A stretch of DNA of 64,000 nucleotides from Macrostomum hystrix (GCA_950097015.1 CATNEN010000005.1:4030001-4094000), one strand, 5' to 3'. Shown: positions 39,663-52,074, counted from the stretch's first letter. Translations and numbers: made by a program. The notes: generated by a model from the letters alone, not told the origin.

Positions 39663-40554
39663 GGCGAGTGTAATCAATTACTTAATTACAATCACATTAT
39701 CTAAATACCATTATTTGTAGACCAAGACGAATGATTCCTTGAGTCCAGTGTTCTCATTTTGCTGACAAGAATCTCATGAATTTATCCGTTATTTCAAACC
39801 TTGAAGTGCCTTTCCAGTTTCCTATAACAGTCGCAATCTGGTGTAATGAACGTGTTCAAGGTGTTCATTAACTCATTTACTAGAACAATTAGCATCATTT
39901 ATTTATCGAGTACTTATATTTTTATTTATTATTAATTTTATTAACAGTTGCATTGTTTGTAAACTAATACTTGGCAGTAGGTTTTTCTACAACTACTTTT
40001 TCCAGTCACTAACTGAAATAAATTAGCTAATGTCAATGTGTATTTTGGTGTCTTATTAGCTGAAAACTTAATAGTTTTACTTGAAAATACAGAAAATAAG
40101 TCTTCTTTTTATTACTTATGTATAGAGAATTTAGAATGAATTTTAACACAATAAAAGGTTCTTGACTGTCTGGTTTACACAAAAAACTGCTGCTTTTATT
40201 GGAGTGCAAAATTGTTAAACAACAATCAGTTCAACGCCTAGGCAGGCACTCTGCAGCATTTTCAGTTAATTTTTATTTTCAATTTTCAATTGCAAACTTC
40301 GAGAGGCAGGAAATTATTTTAATTTATTCCACGCTAGCTACTTGGAAATTATTGGCTAAGTATAAAACCTTTCATCATATCAGTTGCAATGCTACAAGAG
40401 AATAGTAAACACAGAATAAAAAGTTACATTAATGCAGTTTTGTGTCATACAAATGATTTTGCAGTTTTTCGGTCACCGAGATATTACGCAGATATGAACC
40501 ACCAGAGGCTAGTTTTATTAACTTCTTATTATTGCATGCTGGAGAGTGGAACTT

Positions 40555-41145
40555 TGAGAGTAGATGCTGGAGAAGATTCTGGAGTAGATGCTGGAGTAGA
40601 TCCTGGAGAATAGATGCTGGAGTAGATGCAGGAGAATGGATGGTGGAGAATAGATGATTGAGAATAGATGCTGGAGAATGAATGCTGGAGAATGGATGCT
40701 GGAGAATAGATGTTAGAGAATAGATGCTGGAGAATAGATGATTGAGAATAGATGCTGGAGAATGAATGCTGGAGAATAGATATTAAAGAATAGATGCTGG
40801 AGAATGGATGCTGGAGAATAGATGCTGGAGAATAGATGCTGGAGAATGAATGCTGGAGAATAGATATTAAAGAATAGATGCTGGAGAATGGATGCTGGAG
40901 AATAGATGCTGGAGAATAGATGCTGGAGAATATATATTAAAGAATAGATGCTGGAGAATGGATGTTGGAGAATAGATGCTGGAGAATGAATGCTGGAGAA
41001 TAGATGTTAGAGAATAGATGTTAGAGAATAGATGTTAAAGAATAGATGCTGGAGAATAGATGTTAGAGAATAGATGTTAGAGAATAGATGTTAGAGAATA
41101 GATGTTGGAGAATAGATGCTGGAGAATGGATGTTGGAGAATAGAA
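40555..41145. repeat. 14-bp minisatellite between the convergent aquaporin and SR genes
   Basis: Unit GAATAGATGCTGGA. Confidence 0.95.
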
Positions 41146-41522
41146 GCTACACTTTTTCTGATCAGCTAATTAGTCCGGGAAATGACGTCATTTAGTTATT
41201 TGACAGTGATTTCAGTTAGAAAGTAAGACTGTTTACTAGAAAATCAAACAGTCAGCACAGGTGAATCAGGGCAATTATAAAGTCCTAAACATAATAATTT
41301 AAATATTGTATAAAAGCAAATTGCGTGCCTAGCTAGACGGACAGATAAGAGCACGAATTCCTGCGTTGCCATGGTGACATTCCCACCAATGTTAGCAGAC
41401 AGAGCAAAAATAAAAAAATGCTAAACATTCAGATTTTGGGATTGGAACGAAACTTGCTGCAGCAAATCTTTTCGTTAAAGAGTGCAATCGGTGCGAAATC
41501 GATTGTTTAACAGAGTTTTAAT

Positions 41523-42758
41523 TCACGAATCTGATGCGCTTGAAGCCGAGCGGGCTCGCTTAGGCGACGGCGAGGCGACGTCTGGATCGCGATCAACGTT
41601 GGCGTTGCCGTTGCCGTTAGTTGGTGGCGACGCCGAGCGCTTGCGACTCGCACTACGGCTACGGCTACGGTCCTTTGAAACGCTTCGACTACGGCTAAGG
41701 CCCTTCGAAACGCTTCGGCTACGGCTACGGTCCTTTGAAGCGCTGCGGCTGCGGCTACGACTATGGTCCTTTGTGACACTACGGCGACGATCTTTTGAAG
41801 CGCTGCGGCTACGGCTACGGCTACGGTCCTTTGAGACACTACGGCGACGATCTTTTGAAGCGCTGCGGCTACGGCTATGGTCCTTTGAGACACTACGGCG
41901 ACGATCTTTTGAAGCGCTGCGGCTACGGCTACGGCTATGGTCCTTTGAGACACTACGGCGGCGATCTTTTGAAGCGCTACGGCTACGGCGACGATCCTTT
42001 GAAGGGCTGCGGCTACGGCTGCGCTTGTTGTTTTTAGTTGGGCTTCGACTGCGGCTACGGCTAAGGCTACGGCTGCGTTTGCTGTCCTCTGAAACGCTGC
42101 GGCTACGTTTGCCAGTTTTAAGGCCATCTCTAGCTGGACTGCGGCTACGGCTACGGCTGCGGCTACGGCTGCGGCTACGGCTAACGCTACGGCCTCGCTT
42201 TCGACCACCGCGCCCACCGCGATCGCGGCTACGGCTGCGACTGCGGCTGCCGCCGGAGAGATCCTCTTTGAGTCGCAACCGCCTGCCGTGCCATTCATAG
42301 TCCTGATATTTATCCAGAGCTTTGCGCACATCCTCGCCAGTCTGAAATTCAACCACGCCCTCGCCGCGGCTCGGCCTGTGAGCGTCGGCGAATGTGACCT
42401 CGCCGGCGCGTCTGAATAGATCTTTGAGATCCTGCCAGCTGACGCCGGAGCTGAGGTTTTTCACAACCAGTCGGTGCCTTGTGCGAACCGGCGGAGCGAA
42501 TCGACGTTCCGAGCGAGCGCCCGGAGCTCCGGTCTTGGCAAACTCCAACGCCAGCCGTTCGCCGCACAGATCCCGACCGTCCAGATCCTTGACGGCGTCC
42601 TCGGCGTCTCTGGGATGTTCAAATTCAACGAAGCCGAAGCCGCTGCGCAGGAGGATTTCGCGAATTTCGCCGTAGCCGCGAAAGAAGCGCTCGACGTCTC
42701 GGCGGGTGGCCCGGTCCGACAGGCGACCCAGAAAAACTCTACGATAGCCGCGCGGCAT
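41523..42758 (-). CDS. SR splicing factor, SRSF4/5/6 (SRp55/B52) family, intronless CDS
   Basis: 411 aa. RRM1 (RVFLGRL..GFGFVEF..DAEDAV..LDG), RRM2 (HRLVVKNLSSGVSWQDLKD..GEVTFADAH), long RS domain. Confidence 0.95.
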   Translation of the reverse strand: MPRGYRRVFLGRLSDRATRRDVERFFRGYGEIREILLRSGFGFVEFEHPRDAEDAVKDLDGRDLCGERLALEFAKTGAPGARSERRFAPPVRTRHRLVVKNLSSGVSWQDLKDLFRRAGEVTFADAHRPSRGEGVVEFQTGEDVRKALDKYQDYEWHGRRLRLKEDLSGGSRSRSRSRDRGGRGGRKRGRSVSRSRSRSRSRSRSRSPARDGLKTGKRSRSVSEDSKRSRSLSRSRSRSPTKNNKRSRSRSPSKDRRRSRSASKDRRRSVSKDHSRSRSRSASKDRRRSVSKDHSRSRSASKDRRRSVSKDRSRSRSRSASKDRRRSVTKDHSRSRSRSASKDRSRSRSVSKGLSRSRSVSKDRSRSRSASRKRSASPPTNGNGNANVDRDPDVASPSPKRARSASSASDS

Positions 42759-42892
42759 GTCGTTTTTTGTCTTTTGATCTTCTGCTTTTTATTGTTTTTT
42801 TTCACCTGTCTGTTAGGGAGCTTGTCTTCTGCACTTTCTGAAGCTTTGCGCGCTGCGGGACGAAAAGGAAGTAGGTTTTTTTCCGATCGATT

Positions 42893-43675
42893 TGGAATAT
42901 GAGGATCTGGGATAATGGAATATGAGGATCTGGGATAGTAGAATATGAAAATCTGGGATAATGGAATATGAGGATCTGGGATAATTAATAGAGGATCATT
43001 GAGAATGGAACATGAGGATCTGGGATAATAGAATATGAGGATCTGGGATAATAGAATATGAGGATCTGGGATAATAGAACATGAGGATCTGGGATAATGA
43101 ATTATGAGGATCTTTGAGAATGGAGTATAAGGATCTGGGATAATGGAATATGAGGATCTGGGATAATGGAATATGAGGATCTGGGATAATGGAATATGAG
43201 GATCTGGGATAATGGAATATGAGGATCTGGGATAATGAATTATGAGGATCTTTGAGAATTGAATATAAGATTTGGGAAAATTGATTATGAGGATCTTTGA
43301 GAATGGAGTATAAGGATCTGGGATAATGGAATATGAGGATCTGGGATAATGGAATATGAGGATCTGGGATAATGGAATATGAGGATCTGGGATAATGGAA
43401 TATGTAGATCTGGGATAATGGAATATGAGGATCTGGGAGAATGGAATATGTGGATCTGGGATAATGGAATATGAGGATCTGGGATAATGGAATATGTGGA
43501 TCTGGGATAATGGAATATGAGGATCTGGGAGAATGGAATATGAGGATCTGGGAGAATGGAGTGTGAGGATCTGGGATAATGGAATATTAGGATATGGGAG
43601 ATTGGATTATGAGAATCTGTGAAAATGGATTTTGAGGATCTGGGAGGATGGAATATGAGGATCTGAGAGTGTAAA
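42893..43675. repeat. 23-bp minisatellite directly upstream of the SR gene
   Basis: Unit GGATCTGGGATAATGGAATATGA; about 40 bp from the acceptor at 42853. Confidence 0.95.
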
Positions 43676-44207
43676 CGAGTAATTGGGAAAGTATGAATAA
43701 TGTCTTCGAAAGGGAATCAAGGGATTAGGGATTAGGGAAAACTTTTTAACGAGGACTAAGAAATTTTTTTAAGTGATAATGAACAAGAAACGTTAGAGTG
43801 CAGTTGTTATTAATTAAAGAATTTGAACACAAAAAAACAAACAAGTCGCATTAATAGCCCTAAGCCACGGGAACGCAATTTTGAACTATAATTTATATTT
43901 CTGACCTTTTAAAATTTTCAAGCACAGATGATTTAAAATTTAGCAGTTAAAAACCTTGTCATCTTCAATACAATGCCCAGGACAAGTTCTTAAAGTAGAG
44001 ACACGCTTTGAAGAAGAATTATTAACAGAAAGTTAAATACGAGTAAAAGACTCAGGGAAGAATTAATTGAGGAATTTTATTGCGATAACGGCGACGAAAG
44101 TATGTACACAATATTGTAGTGGACAGCACATGATAAAACGTTATAATAGGCTAAAATACATGATTCAATGCCACTGTGTTTAGCCAAGAAGATTATGAAT
44201 AGATGAA

Positions 44208-44690
44208 TAGGGGAATCAAGGGATTAGGTATCAAGAATCAAGGGATTAGGGATCAGGGAATCAAGGGATTATGGATCGGGAATCAAGGGATTTTGGATCG
44301 GGAATCAAGGGATTATGGATCGGGAATCAAGGGATAAGGTACAAGAATCAAGGGATTAGGTATCGGGAATCAAGGGATTAGGAATCGGGAATCAGTGGAT
44401 TAGGAATCGGGAATCAGTGGATTAGGTATCGGGAATCAGTGGATTAGGAATCGGGAATCAGTGGATTAGGTATCGGGAATCAGTGGATTAGGAGTCGGGA
44501 ATCAAGGCATTAGGAATTGAGAATCCGTGAATTAGGTATCGGGAATCAATGGATTAGGAATCGGGAATCAGTGGATTAGGTATCGGGAATCAATGGATTA
44601 GGAGTCGGGAATCAATGGATTAGGAGTCGGGAATCAAGGCATTAGGAATTGAGAATCCGTGAATTAGGAATCGGGAATGAAGGGATTAAA
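44208..44690. repeat. 22-bp minisatellite downstream of CNEP1R1
   Basis: Unit GGGAATCA(AG/GT/AT)GGATTAGG(T/A)ATC. Confidence 0.95.
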
Positions 44691-44836
44691 ATTCGTAAAC
44701 AAATCAGAGGTAAAACTAGGTTTTGAATCCGCAGTTAAATTACATAGAGGGAATGAATTGGGAATCACTCATACGCAAAATTTGCAACTAAAAAATAGCA
44801 AGGGAATTGCGTGGTTACTACGAAAAAGAACAATTG

Positions 44837-45235
44837 TCAAGTCGCAGGCCGAGGCTTCAGTATCAATTTGCCGCAATCGTCGCAAGACATATTATATTCG
44901 GCTAGTACTAGCCTGGTTCTATTAGCAATGATTGACGGGGTGACAACTCGATTGTGAGCGCCGCCGGCGAATAGGAGAGCTGCAGCCAGCAGAACCAGAA
45001 AGAAAAACGGATGCCTAGTCAGCTGTTCGCTAATCGACGTTGAACTATAAGTCAGAGGATCTGTGAGCCACAGAGAGGCGCTGATAATCAGCAGGATTAA
45101 CACCAACAACCAGGTGTAACGCCACAGTCTGGTTGTGGGCTGGAAATGCGACATCACCTCTGTTAATCGACGCTCAAACGCTTTCAAATCCTCGTGAGTC
45201 TGCTCCTGGGTCAGGTGGGCTGCAGAGGTCTGCAT
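44837..45235 (-). CDS. CNEP1R1: Nuclear envelope phosphatase-regulatory subunit 1 (TMEM188/Spo7-like), intronless
   Basis: EDLKAFERRLTE..QP.T..WR..WL.DP..HPFF..H.RVV.PSII..R.R.VLAEYNMSCDD.GKLILKPRP. ATG at 45235; frame stays open up to the acceptor TTAATTGCAG ending 45305. Confidence 0.95.
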   Translation of the reverse strand: MQTSAAHLTQEQTHEDLKAFERRLTEVMSHFQPTTRLWRYTWLLVLILLIISASLWLTDPLTYSSTSISEQLTRHPFFFLVLLAAALLFAGGAHNRVVTPSIIANRTRLVLAEYNMSCDDCGKLILKPRPAT

Positions 45236-45374
45236 TGCTGCTGACTGGGCTGCTGCTTCTGCTGCTACTGTTGCTATGGGCAAGGAGAAAGCGCTTGTTG
45301 TACGCTGCAATTAAATGTTCGCTAATGAGAGTTCTTTATTTAGAGGTCCATCGATTTTCTTTATGCCCCGATGG

Positions 45375-45990
45375 ATAATCTATTGATTCTTCATTCCTAA
45401 TCCATGGATTCCCCTATCCCCAATCCCTTGATTCCTCATTCCTAATCCATGGATTCCCCTATCCCTAATCCCTTGATTCCTCATTCCTAATCCATGGATT
45501 CCCCTATCTCTAATCCCTTGATTCCTCATTCCTAATCCATGGATTCCCCTATCCCTAATCCCTTGATTCCTCATTCCTAATCCATGGATTCCCCTATCCC
45601 TAATCCCTTGATTCATCATTCCAAATCCCTTGATTCTCCGATCCCAAATACCTTGATTCTCCGATCCCAAATACCTTGATTCTCCGATCCCTAATCCCTT
45701 GATTCTCCGATCCCTAATCCTTTGATTCTCCGATCTCGGATCCCTTGATTCCTTATTACTAAATTATTAATTCTAGATCCCTAATCCCTTGATTCCCACC
45801 AGATCTATAATCCTTTGAATTTCTGATCCCCAATCCCTTGATTCCACGATCTCTAATCCCTTGATTTCCGATCCCTAATCCATTGATTTCTCATTCCTAA
45901 TCTAATGATTCCAGATTACTAATCCCCTGAATCTCCCATCCTTAATTCCTTGATTTCTCTTGCTGAACCCCTGATCCCTAAGCCCGAATC
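45375..45990. repeat. 22/23-bp (45-bp dimer) minisatellite upstream of CNEP1R1
   Basis: Unit GATCCCTAATCCCTTGATTCTCC, the reverse complement of the 44208-44690 family. Confidence 0.95.
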
Positions 45991-46195
45991 CCCAAATCCC
46001 TCAGTTTAAATCCCACATGTCCTCCTAAATTATACAGTTAAGGATAAAACAAACTCAAATTACTATAAGTTATTACTATTTAATGTATTCAATACAATAA
46101 CGCACAGCAAAGCTTTAGAGTCCAATAAATATGGATTTCTATCAACATGCTATCAACAATGGAATGCATTAGTTACAAAATGAAAGCTCAAGTAG

Positions 46196-49100
46196 TTAAA
46201 AGTCAATCTGATACAATCCATTTACTAGCCTAGTTAACACGTGTCTCTTCTCCCTAATCAGCCTCCGCCAATCTCCACCAATCCTATCCAAATCCCGCCG
46301 GTCCAGATGCCTCAGTCCGACACCGTCGTGAGCTTTCAACATGAAGAAGGCGACAAACACGCCGCCGCTGAATGCTTCAGCCGGAGTTGGCAAATCGCCG
46401 ACCGGCAGTCCCAAAGCCGGAGCTAGGACTGCGATGGCTGAGCGAAATGTTGTTAGCCAGGCTGAGGCAACGGTGACGCACCTTACCGACGGTCGAATTG
46501 GTAGACTGGCGTACCAGGCCGGCCTAACCAGATGCAGAGCCAATGCTGGCAGTACAATGGCCAGGGCTTCGTCAATATTTATAGCCAGCAGTTGGTTGCA
46601 GTTGCTGGTTAAAAAATAGCGCAAAGCCGAGCACATTGCGCCGCTGCGCCAGCCGTAGGATCTGGAAGCATCCGGGCAGCCGAGTAGGCAGCAGAATGCC
46701 GCGCTAGCTTCCACTACGGACAGAGGGCGAGAGTTCAACGGCGACAGGTCGATTTGGACGCCTTGGATACGGCGCGGAGAGGCCCGCATGCGAATCCAAT
46801 GACCGCCGTCTCTGGCGTCGAACTCTTGACTAAGAATGGGAAGGCGGCAAGTTTAGGGGATAAATTTGGACCTTCTGGGGATCTAAGCGGCTTCTAGGGA
46901 TCTGTGATCAAAAGAAATTCCTTTCTAGAAATCTGGGAGGTTTATGGGATCTGTGAGGTTACTGGGGAATGTGAGGTTTTTGGGGATCTGGAAGGTTTCT
47001 AGGGGATCAGGGAGGTTTTTGGGGGATCTGGGAGGTTTTTGTAGGATCAGGGAGGTTACAGGGAAATCTGGGAGGTTTTTTGTGGGATCTGGGAGGTTTC
47101 TGGGGATCTGGGAGGTTTCTGGGGGGATCTGTGAGGTTTCTGGGGATCTGTGAGGTTTCTGGGGATCTGTGGGAGATATCTAGGGGATCTGGGAGGTTTC
47201 TATGGGATGTAGGAGATATCTAGGGGATCTGGGAGGTTTCTAGGGGATCTGTGAGGTTTCTGTGGATCTGTGGGAGATATCTAGGGGATCTGGGAGGTTT
47301 CTATGGGATGTGGGAGATATCTAGGGGATCTGGGAGGTTTTTGGGGGATCTGGGAGGTTACTGGGGATCTGTGGGGTTTCTAGGGGATCTGGCAGGTTTC
47401 TAGGGGATCTGGGATTTCTAGGATTCTGTTTAGGGAATACGAGGTTTAATTTATACCAGTATTTGTGTGAGTTAATGGGATCTGAATGCGTTTAAAGAGG
47501 TCGACGCTAAAAATGCTAATCCGAATTTGAATGGGCGCTATGACAGTTTGCCCGATGCGTAGCACCAAATGATCACAGCCTCACCGGTCGTCTCTGTCGT
47601 TGTCTCCCAGCACGCATCGATGAGCCAAATTGCGCAACTCTGCAGCCGCGCCATCCTCAGCCGACGGGTGCCCCGGTGTGTCGTCCTCCAAGCACACCCG
47701 TCTCCAATAGAAACCGCGCCTCATAGCAACCAGAGCGGGCGAATAGCGACCCTCTTTTACGCCAGACTCTAAATGGGCGTCCAACGGACAACGAGCAGCA
47801 GCCGCGGTCGTGGGTTCGACACCTTCAATTAGCATCAGGCAGTAGAATTGGCGAGTGTGTTCAACGGCTTCTCTCAGCCTTGGCTCGTTGCGAAGTCGAT
47901 GTTGAAATTCAGGACTATTTGCTAGGCCGTCGATAGACCTAAGCCAAGCGGCGAAGTCGGCAATCTAAATTTGTTGGATTACAAAAGTTGAAGTAACTTT
48001 TCGTCTACTTAAATTAGCGCTATTAAAATTATTATTAACCGAAACAAGAATTAAAAAATTGTTGATTTATTTATCAAAATTTGATTATAAACTATTGTTT
48101 CAAGGAAACTATCTTAACTAGTTTTTAGGAAATCTAGTGTTCTTATAAAAAGGGCTATACTTTTTCTAGGAAACTATTGTTTCTAGGAAAATACTGTTTC
48201 TAGGAAACTATTGTTTCTAGGAAAATACTGTTTCTAGGAAACTATTGTTTCTAGGAAAATACTGTTTCTAGGAAACTATTGTTTCTAGGAAAATACTGTT
48301 TCTAGGAAACTACAGTTTCTAGGAAACTACAGTTTCTAGGAAACTACAGTTTCTAGGAAACTACAGTTTCTAGGAAACTACTGCTTCTAGGAAATTACCT
48401 TGAAAACTACTTTATAGTAAATCTATTAGTCCTTTAAAAACGAATGTTTCTAGGAAACTACTGTTTCTAAAAGAAATCCAGAGTTGAGTGTCGTGCTAAC
48501 GGGGCACAAATTGTTCCAGTGAAGTCGGGAATCGAACCCCCGACCTCCAAGTCGAGAGTCCGACGCTCTAACTACAAGTCTGTAAAACCTACAATATTCT
48601 AAGAAATCAATCATCTCTACCTAAAATGTTTCTTTACAAAAACAAAATACAATGTTTTTAGATTCTAAAGAATGTGCCTAAAAGACTAAGACTCAATACT
48701 GGAATATTTCTAAACGGTTACGAAGGATTAAAAAACAATTATTCACTAACCGTCAGACGTGATTTTGTGTCACCGTCGACGCATTCAGATTTCACAGCCG
48801 CGTGTCGGATTCGCAAATCGCGAATTAATCTGGCCCGATTGCCCAACAATGAGCCGGTGAAATCGTTGCCCATTAAAATACTCAAATCAACTAATAGATC
48901 CCAACTGTTAAAGCCAAATAATTTGAGCACACTCGGACCAGAGACTAGACCGACAACTAGTCGAATCGGTCGCTGTGGCATCGGTGCCTGACCTAGTGCC
49001 GGTTGATCGCCTAATCGTAAATCGTTATAAATATCGAATAGCTGCATCGGCAATAGGACACTGTCGCGAAAGACGCACAGATCGGTATCGTTTGATAGTA

Positions 49101-50313
49101 CGGCTAGAGCTCGACGATTGGTTAACAGGGCCTGAGCCAATGAGTAATCAGCTTCGCCCCTGACAGCTTGGAATACTTGACAACCGCTGGCTCTGATAGT
49201 AGCTATCATTTGCTGCTCCAGACACACTGGCCGCAATGGTTCTACACCTGCCGCGTCACTGGTGTAGCCCGAGCACCACCTGCCATAAATATTAGAAGGA
49301 TAAAAATCTGAGTGGGATATTTACGGGTAGGGATAAATGTCATTTAGATGGGATAAATGTTATTTAGATGGGATAAATGTAATTTAGGATTAGGAAAATT
49401 ATTGGGTGAGGGGATAATTCTCATTTTGGATTGGGAAGATTCTCGGAAATGGGGATAAATCTCATTTTGGATTGGGAAGATTCTCGGAAATGGGGATAAA
49501 TCTCATTTTTGATTGGGAAGATTCTCGGAAGTTGGGATAATTCTCAGTTTGGATTGGGAAGATTCTCGGAAGTTGGGATAATTCTCAGTTTGGATTGGGA
49601 AGATTCTCGGAAGTTGGGATAATTCTCAGTTTCGATTGGGAAGATTCTCGGAAGTTGGGATAATTCTCAGTTTGGATTGGGAAAAATCTTGGATGAGGGG
49701 ATAAATCACATCTCGGATTGGGAAGAATCTTTGGTGAGGGGATAAATCTAATTGGAGAAGGATTCTACTAAAGCAGGGATAAATCTCATTGTTGAAGGTT
49801 TTATGATACAAAGCAGGGATAAAATATTAGGGTTGAGGTTAGATTTAAATTACAGCAACATTAAAAAAATCAATACAGCAGAAATAAAAAGGCTGTGACT
49901 AACTTGAGCAATACGGCACGCTTCTGAACATCCTGTTCCTGCCTCTGTTTCCAGATGGCAGTTTTCTGATAATCGGTCCTTTCGCAGCATCCTCTAGCCG
50001 CATCAATGTGCCAGATTAGATTCAATCCAACAGAGGCCAGATCCGATAACAAGCGCCTCAACCAATTGTCCATCAGTGCGTATTCGCCGCCTTGAATGCC
50101 AACATAGGGATTGGCCATAGACAAGCTAGCAGTGAATTTAGACAATAAATAATTGGCGAAACAATGAAAATCAATTAGTAGATCGATGCCGATTTGGTTA
50201 GCTGTGCTATCCGCTCGCTGATTGGCTAATCGAGCGCGTTCAACCAAGTCCACATACTCGACGCAGATATCTTTATTAGCCAATATGTGGCTCATTAGGC
50301 CCGGAACGCCCAT
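46196..50313 (-). CDS. ASTE1: Asteroid/ASTE1-like XPG-PIN nuclease-fold protein, 4 exons
   Basis: complement join(49904..50313,48751..49279,47585..47964,46196..46829), phases consistent. MGVPGL..LLIDF..GGEY..IDAARG; GEAD..AVLSNDTDL; DLSILMGNDF, matching the XPG/PIN acidic motifs. Confidence 0.8.
46870..47425. repeat. 20-bp minisatellite in ASTE1-like intron 3
   Basis: Unit GGGGATCTGGGAGGTTTCTA. Confidence 0.93.
48165..48470. repeat. 17/18-bp minisatellite in ASTE1-like intron 2
   Basis: Unit GTTTCTAGGAAACTACA with a near-palindromic TTTCTAGGAAA core. Confidence 0.9.
48485..48580 (-). mobile_element. SINE family B 5' fragment
   Basis: GGGAATCGAACCCCCGACC (B box on the minus strand); homologous to 63.7 kb. 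Confidence 0.75.
49330..49790. repeat. 41-bp minisatellite in ASTE1-like intron 1
   Basis: Unit TTCTCGGAAGTTGGGATAATTCTCAGTTTGGATTGGGAAGA. Confidence 0.93.
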
Positions 50314-51537
50314 CGGCTTTTTATACTACTCGCCAGTCGATTGGTGAGTAGTGTAGGCTGGAAAAAAGAAATTTGTTTTTAGTTGTATAAAGCAAACCAA
50401 TTATTTATTTAATTTTTGTGTCATTAACAATATTCAATACAATATAGTCATCAGTCATAGCCAACATGGATACATTATGCTTTTTTGTGAGCAGAAAAAT
50501 AATGCTTACATTGGTAGCTTCTGCCACCACACAATCCGACGAGAATTCATTGTTTAAAGACAGTTATACAGTGTACAACTAGTTATTCTAAGGTGATAAT
50601 AACCTACTATATTTCTAAAACTTTCAGTGCAGAATTAAAAATATTTGAAAGAAAAAAACACAAAAAAACTTAAAAATTTAAGAAGAACTGGATAGTCACG
50701 CAAGTGTATTTTACATTTTGAAATTGTATCCATTAATTTTTTGTAAAACAAAATCAAATAAAAAAAGAGTTCTGAGAGATGTCTTACACATCATAATAGT
50801 TGGTTTTAGTTAAACAAGTAATAGCGAAGGAATTATTTTTCGCGGAACAGAAAAACTGAGCATAGAAATGTGAAACATAGTTTTTGACTCACATAGCATT
50901 TTAAGGACAACAGAGGTACTAGACAATCAATAATGAAAGTTAGCTTGAAATTAATACAATAAAGATAATCGTAGCAATAGAAATTAGTACACTGGCAGCT
51001 TTTCTGAAGCCAAATCAACCATTCAGAAGCAATTTTCAAACAAAAATTCTATATTTCAAATCGATAAGAAAATTGAGCCATATTTTTTCAGTCCATCTAG
51101 TTCGACAGTATTTCACTCACCAAATTGGTTAGACACAAAAATTAGATTTAGTCAAAGCCTTCAGGTTGTAGTGCAGGCAGTTAATTATGAAACTCGCGCT
51201 TAGCCACCCATCAAACAATTAATCAATGCAAAGCTTACCCTGTTCGTCAGATTGAATTGTTCCTCACTATACTACTGCTGTTGAAGTTTTAGTAGTAGTA
51301 GTAGTAGTTGAGGCCGAAGTCGTTTTGCTTTCTGCGGCGATCATCAAACTGAAAATGATTGCAATTTTTTCAACCTAAAATCTATAAAACTATGATTGGA
51401 TTATTAAACAAAGTAGACATGTAAAAGAACAGATTAATAGGATAGTTATGTTTCTAATACAATCTACTACAAGCTATTGGCAAAGGCTACTTTAAAATAT
51501 AAACTGATAGAAGAGAAGAGACGGTATTGTCCTTGTT

Positions 51538-51925
51538 GGGCCACATGTACAGCCCGTGGCACAGCTGCAGCCAATGGGGACGCGTACAGCTGTTCAGTCC
51601 GTGGACTGAATTTCTATCCCAGCTAATGCTAGTACCCATTTCCTAGCAGGGATATTAAACCCTTAGGGTTGCATGCCAGATCGGTCTAACGCGTCTTACT
51701 TTCGCAGCAAGGTCTCACATTAATTTTCGGGGTGCAGCCACGGAGAGAAGGCTTGGGGGGCTTGTCGTTTGATTTACGCCATTGAGGGCCAACCTCCAAG
51801 GCACAGTGAGTGTGCACTGCCTGACAATGAGAAAGTCTTAGTAGATGTACACACCTGTGTGCGTGTGTGCTCAGGAGTCAGCGAAATGGGCAGAATCGCC
51901 TCCTCACTAGCTGCGGGTCTACTGT
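51538..51925. mobile_element. Divergent pair: SINE B 3' part (-, 51538-51640) and SINE A (+, 51680-51925)
   Basis: CTGTTCAGTCCGTGGACTG and CCACATGT (family B tail) followed by the family A core. Confidence 0.72.
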
Positions 51926-52074
51926 TGCAAATTATGTGCTTCCATTTATCTGAGATTCGAACTTCTGACCTCTTAGTCATAAGTCCGTAAATTAAACTCT
52001 TAAGAATTTAGAAAACTGTTTTACAATGAACTATTTCAGCACAACATAAACAAATCGGTTCGCTTTGTTTACCT

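Noticed and set aside
41482-42300. 272-aa antisense LR-repeat protein
   Set aside because: An open antisense frame is expected from repeated CGT/AGC codons of the RS domain.
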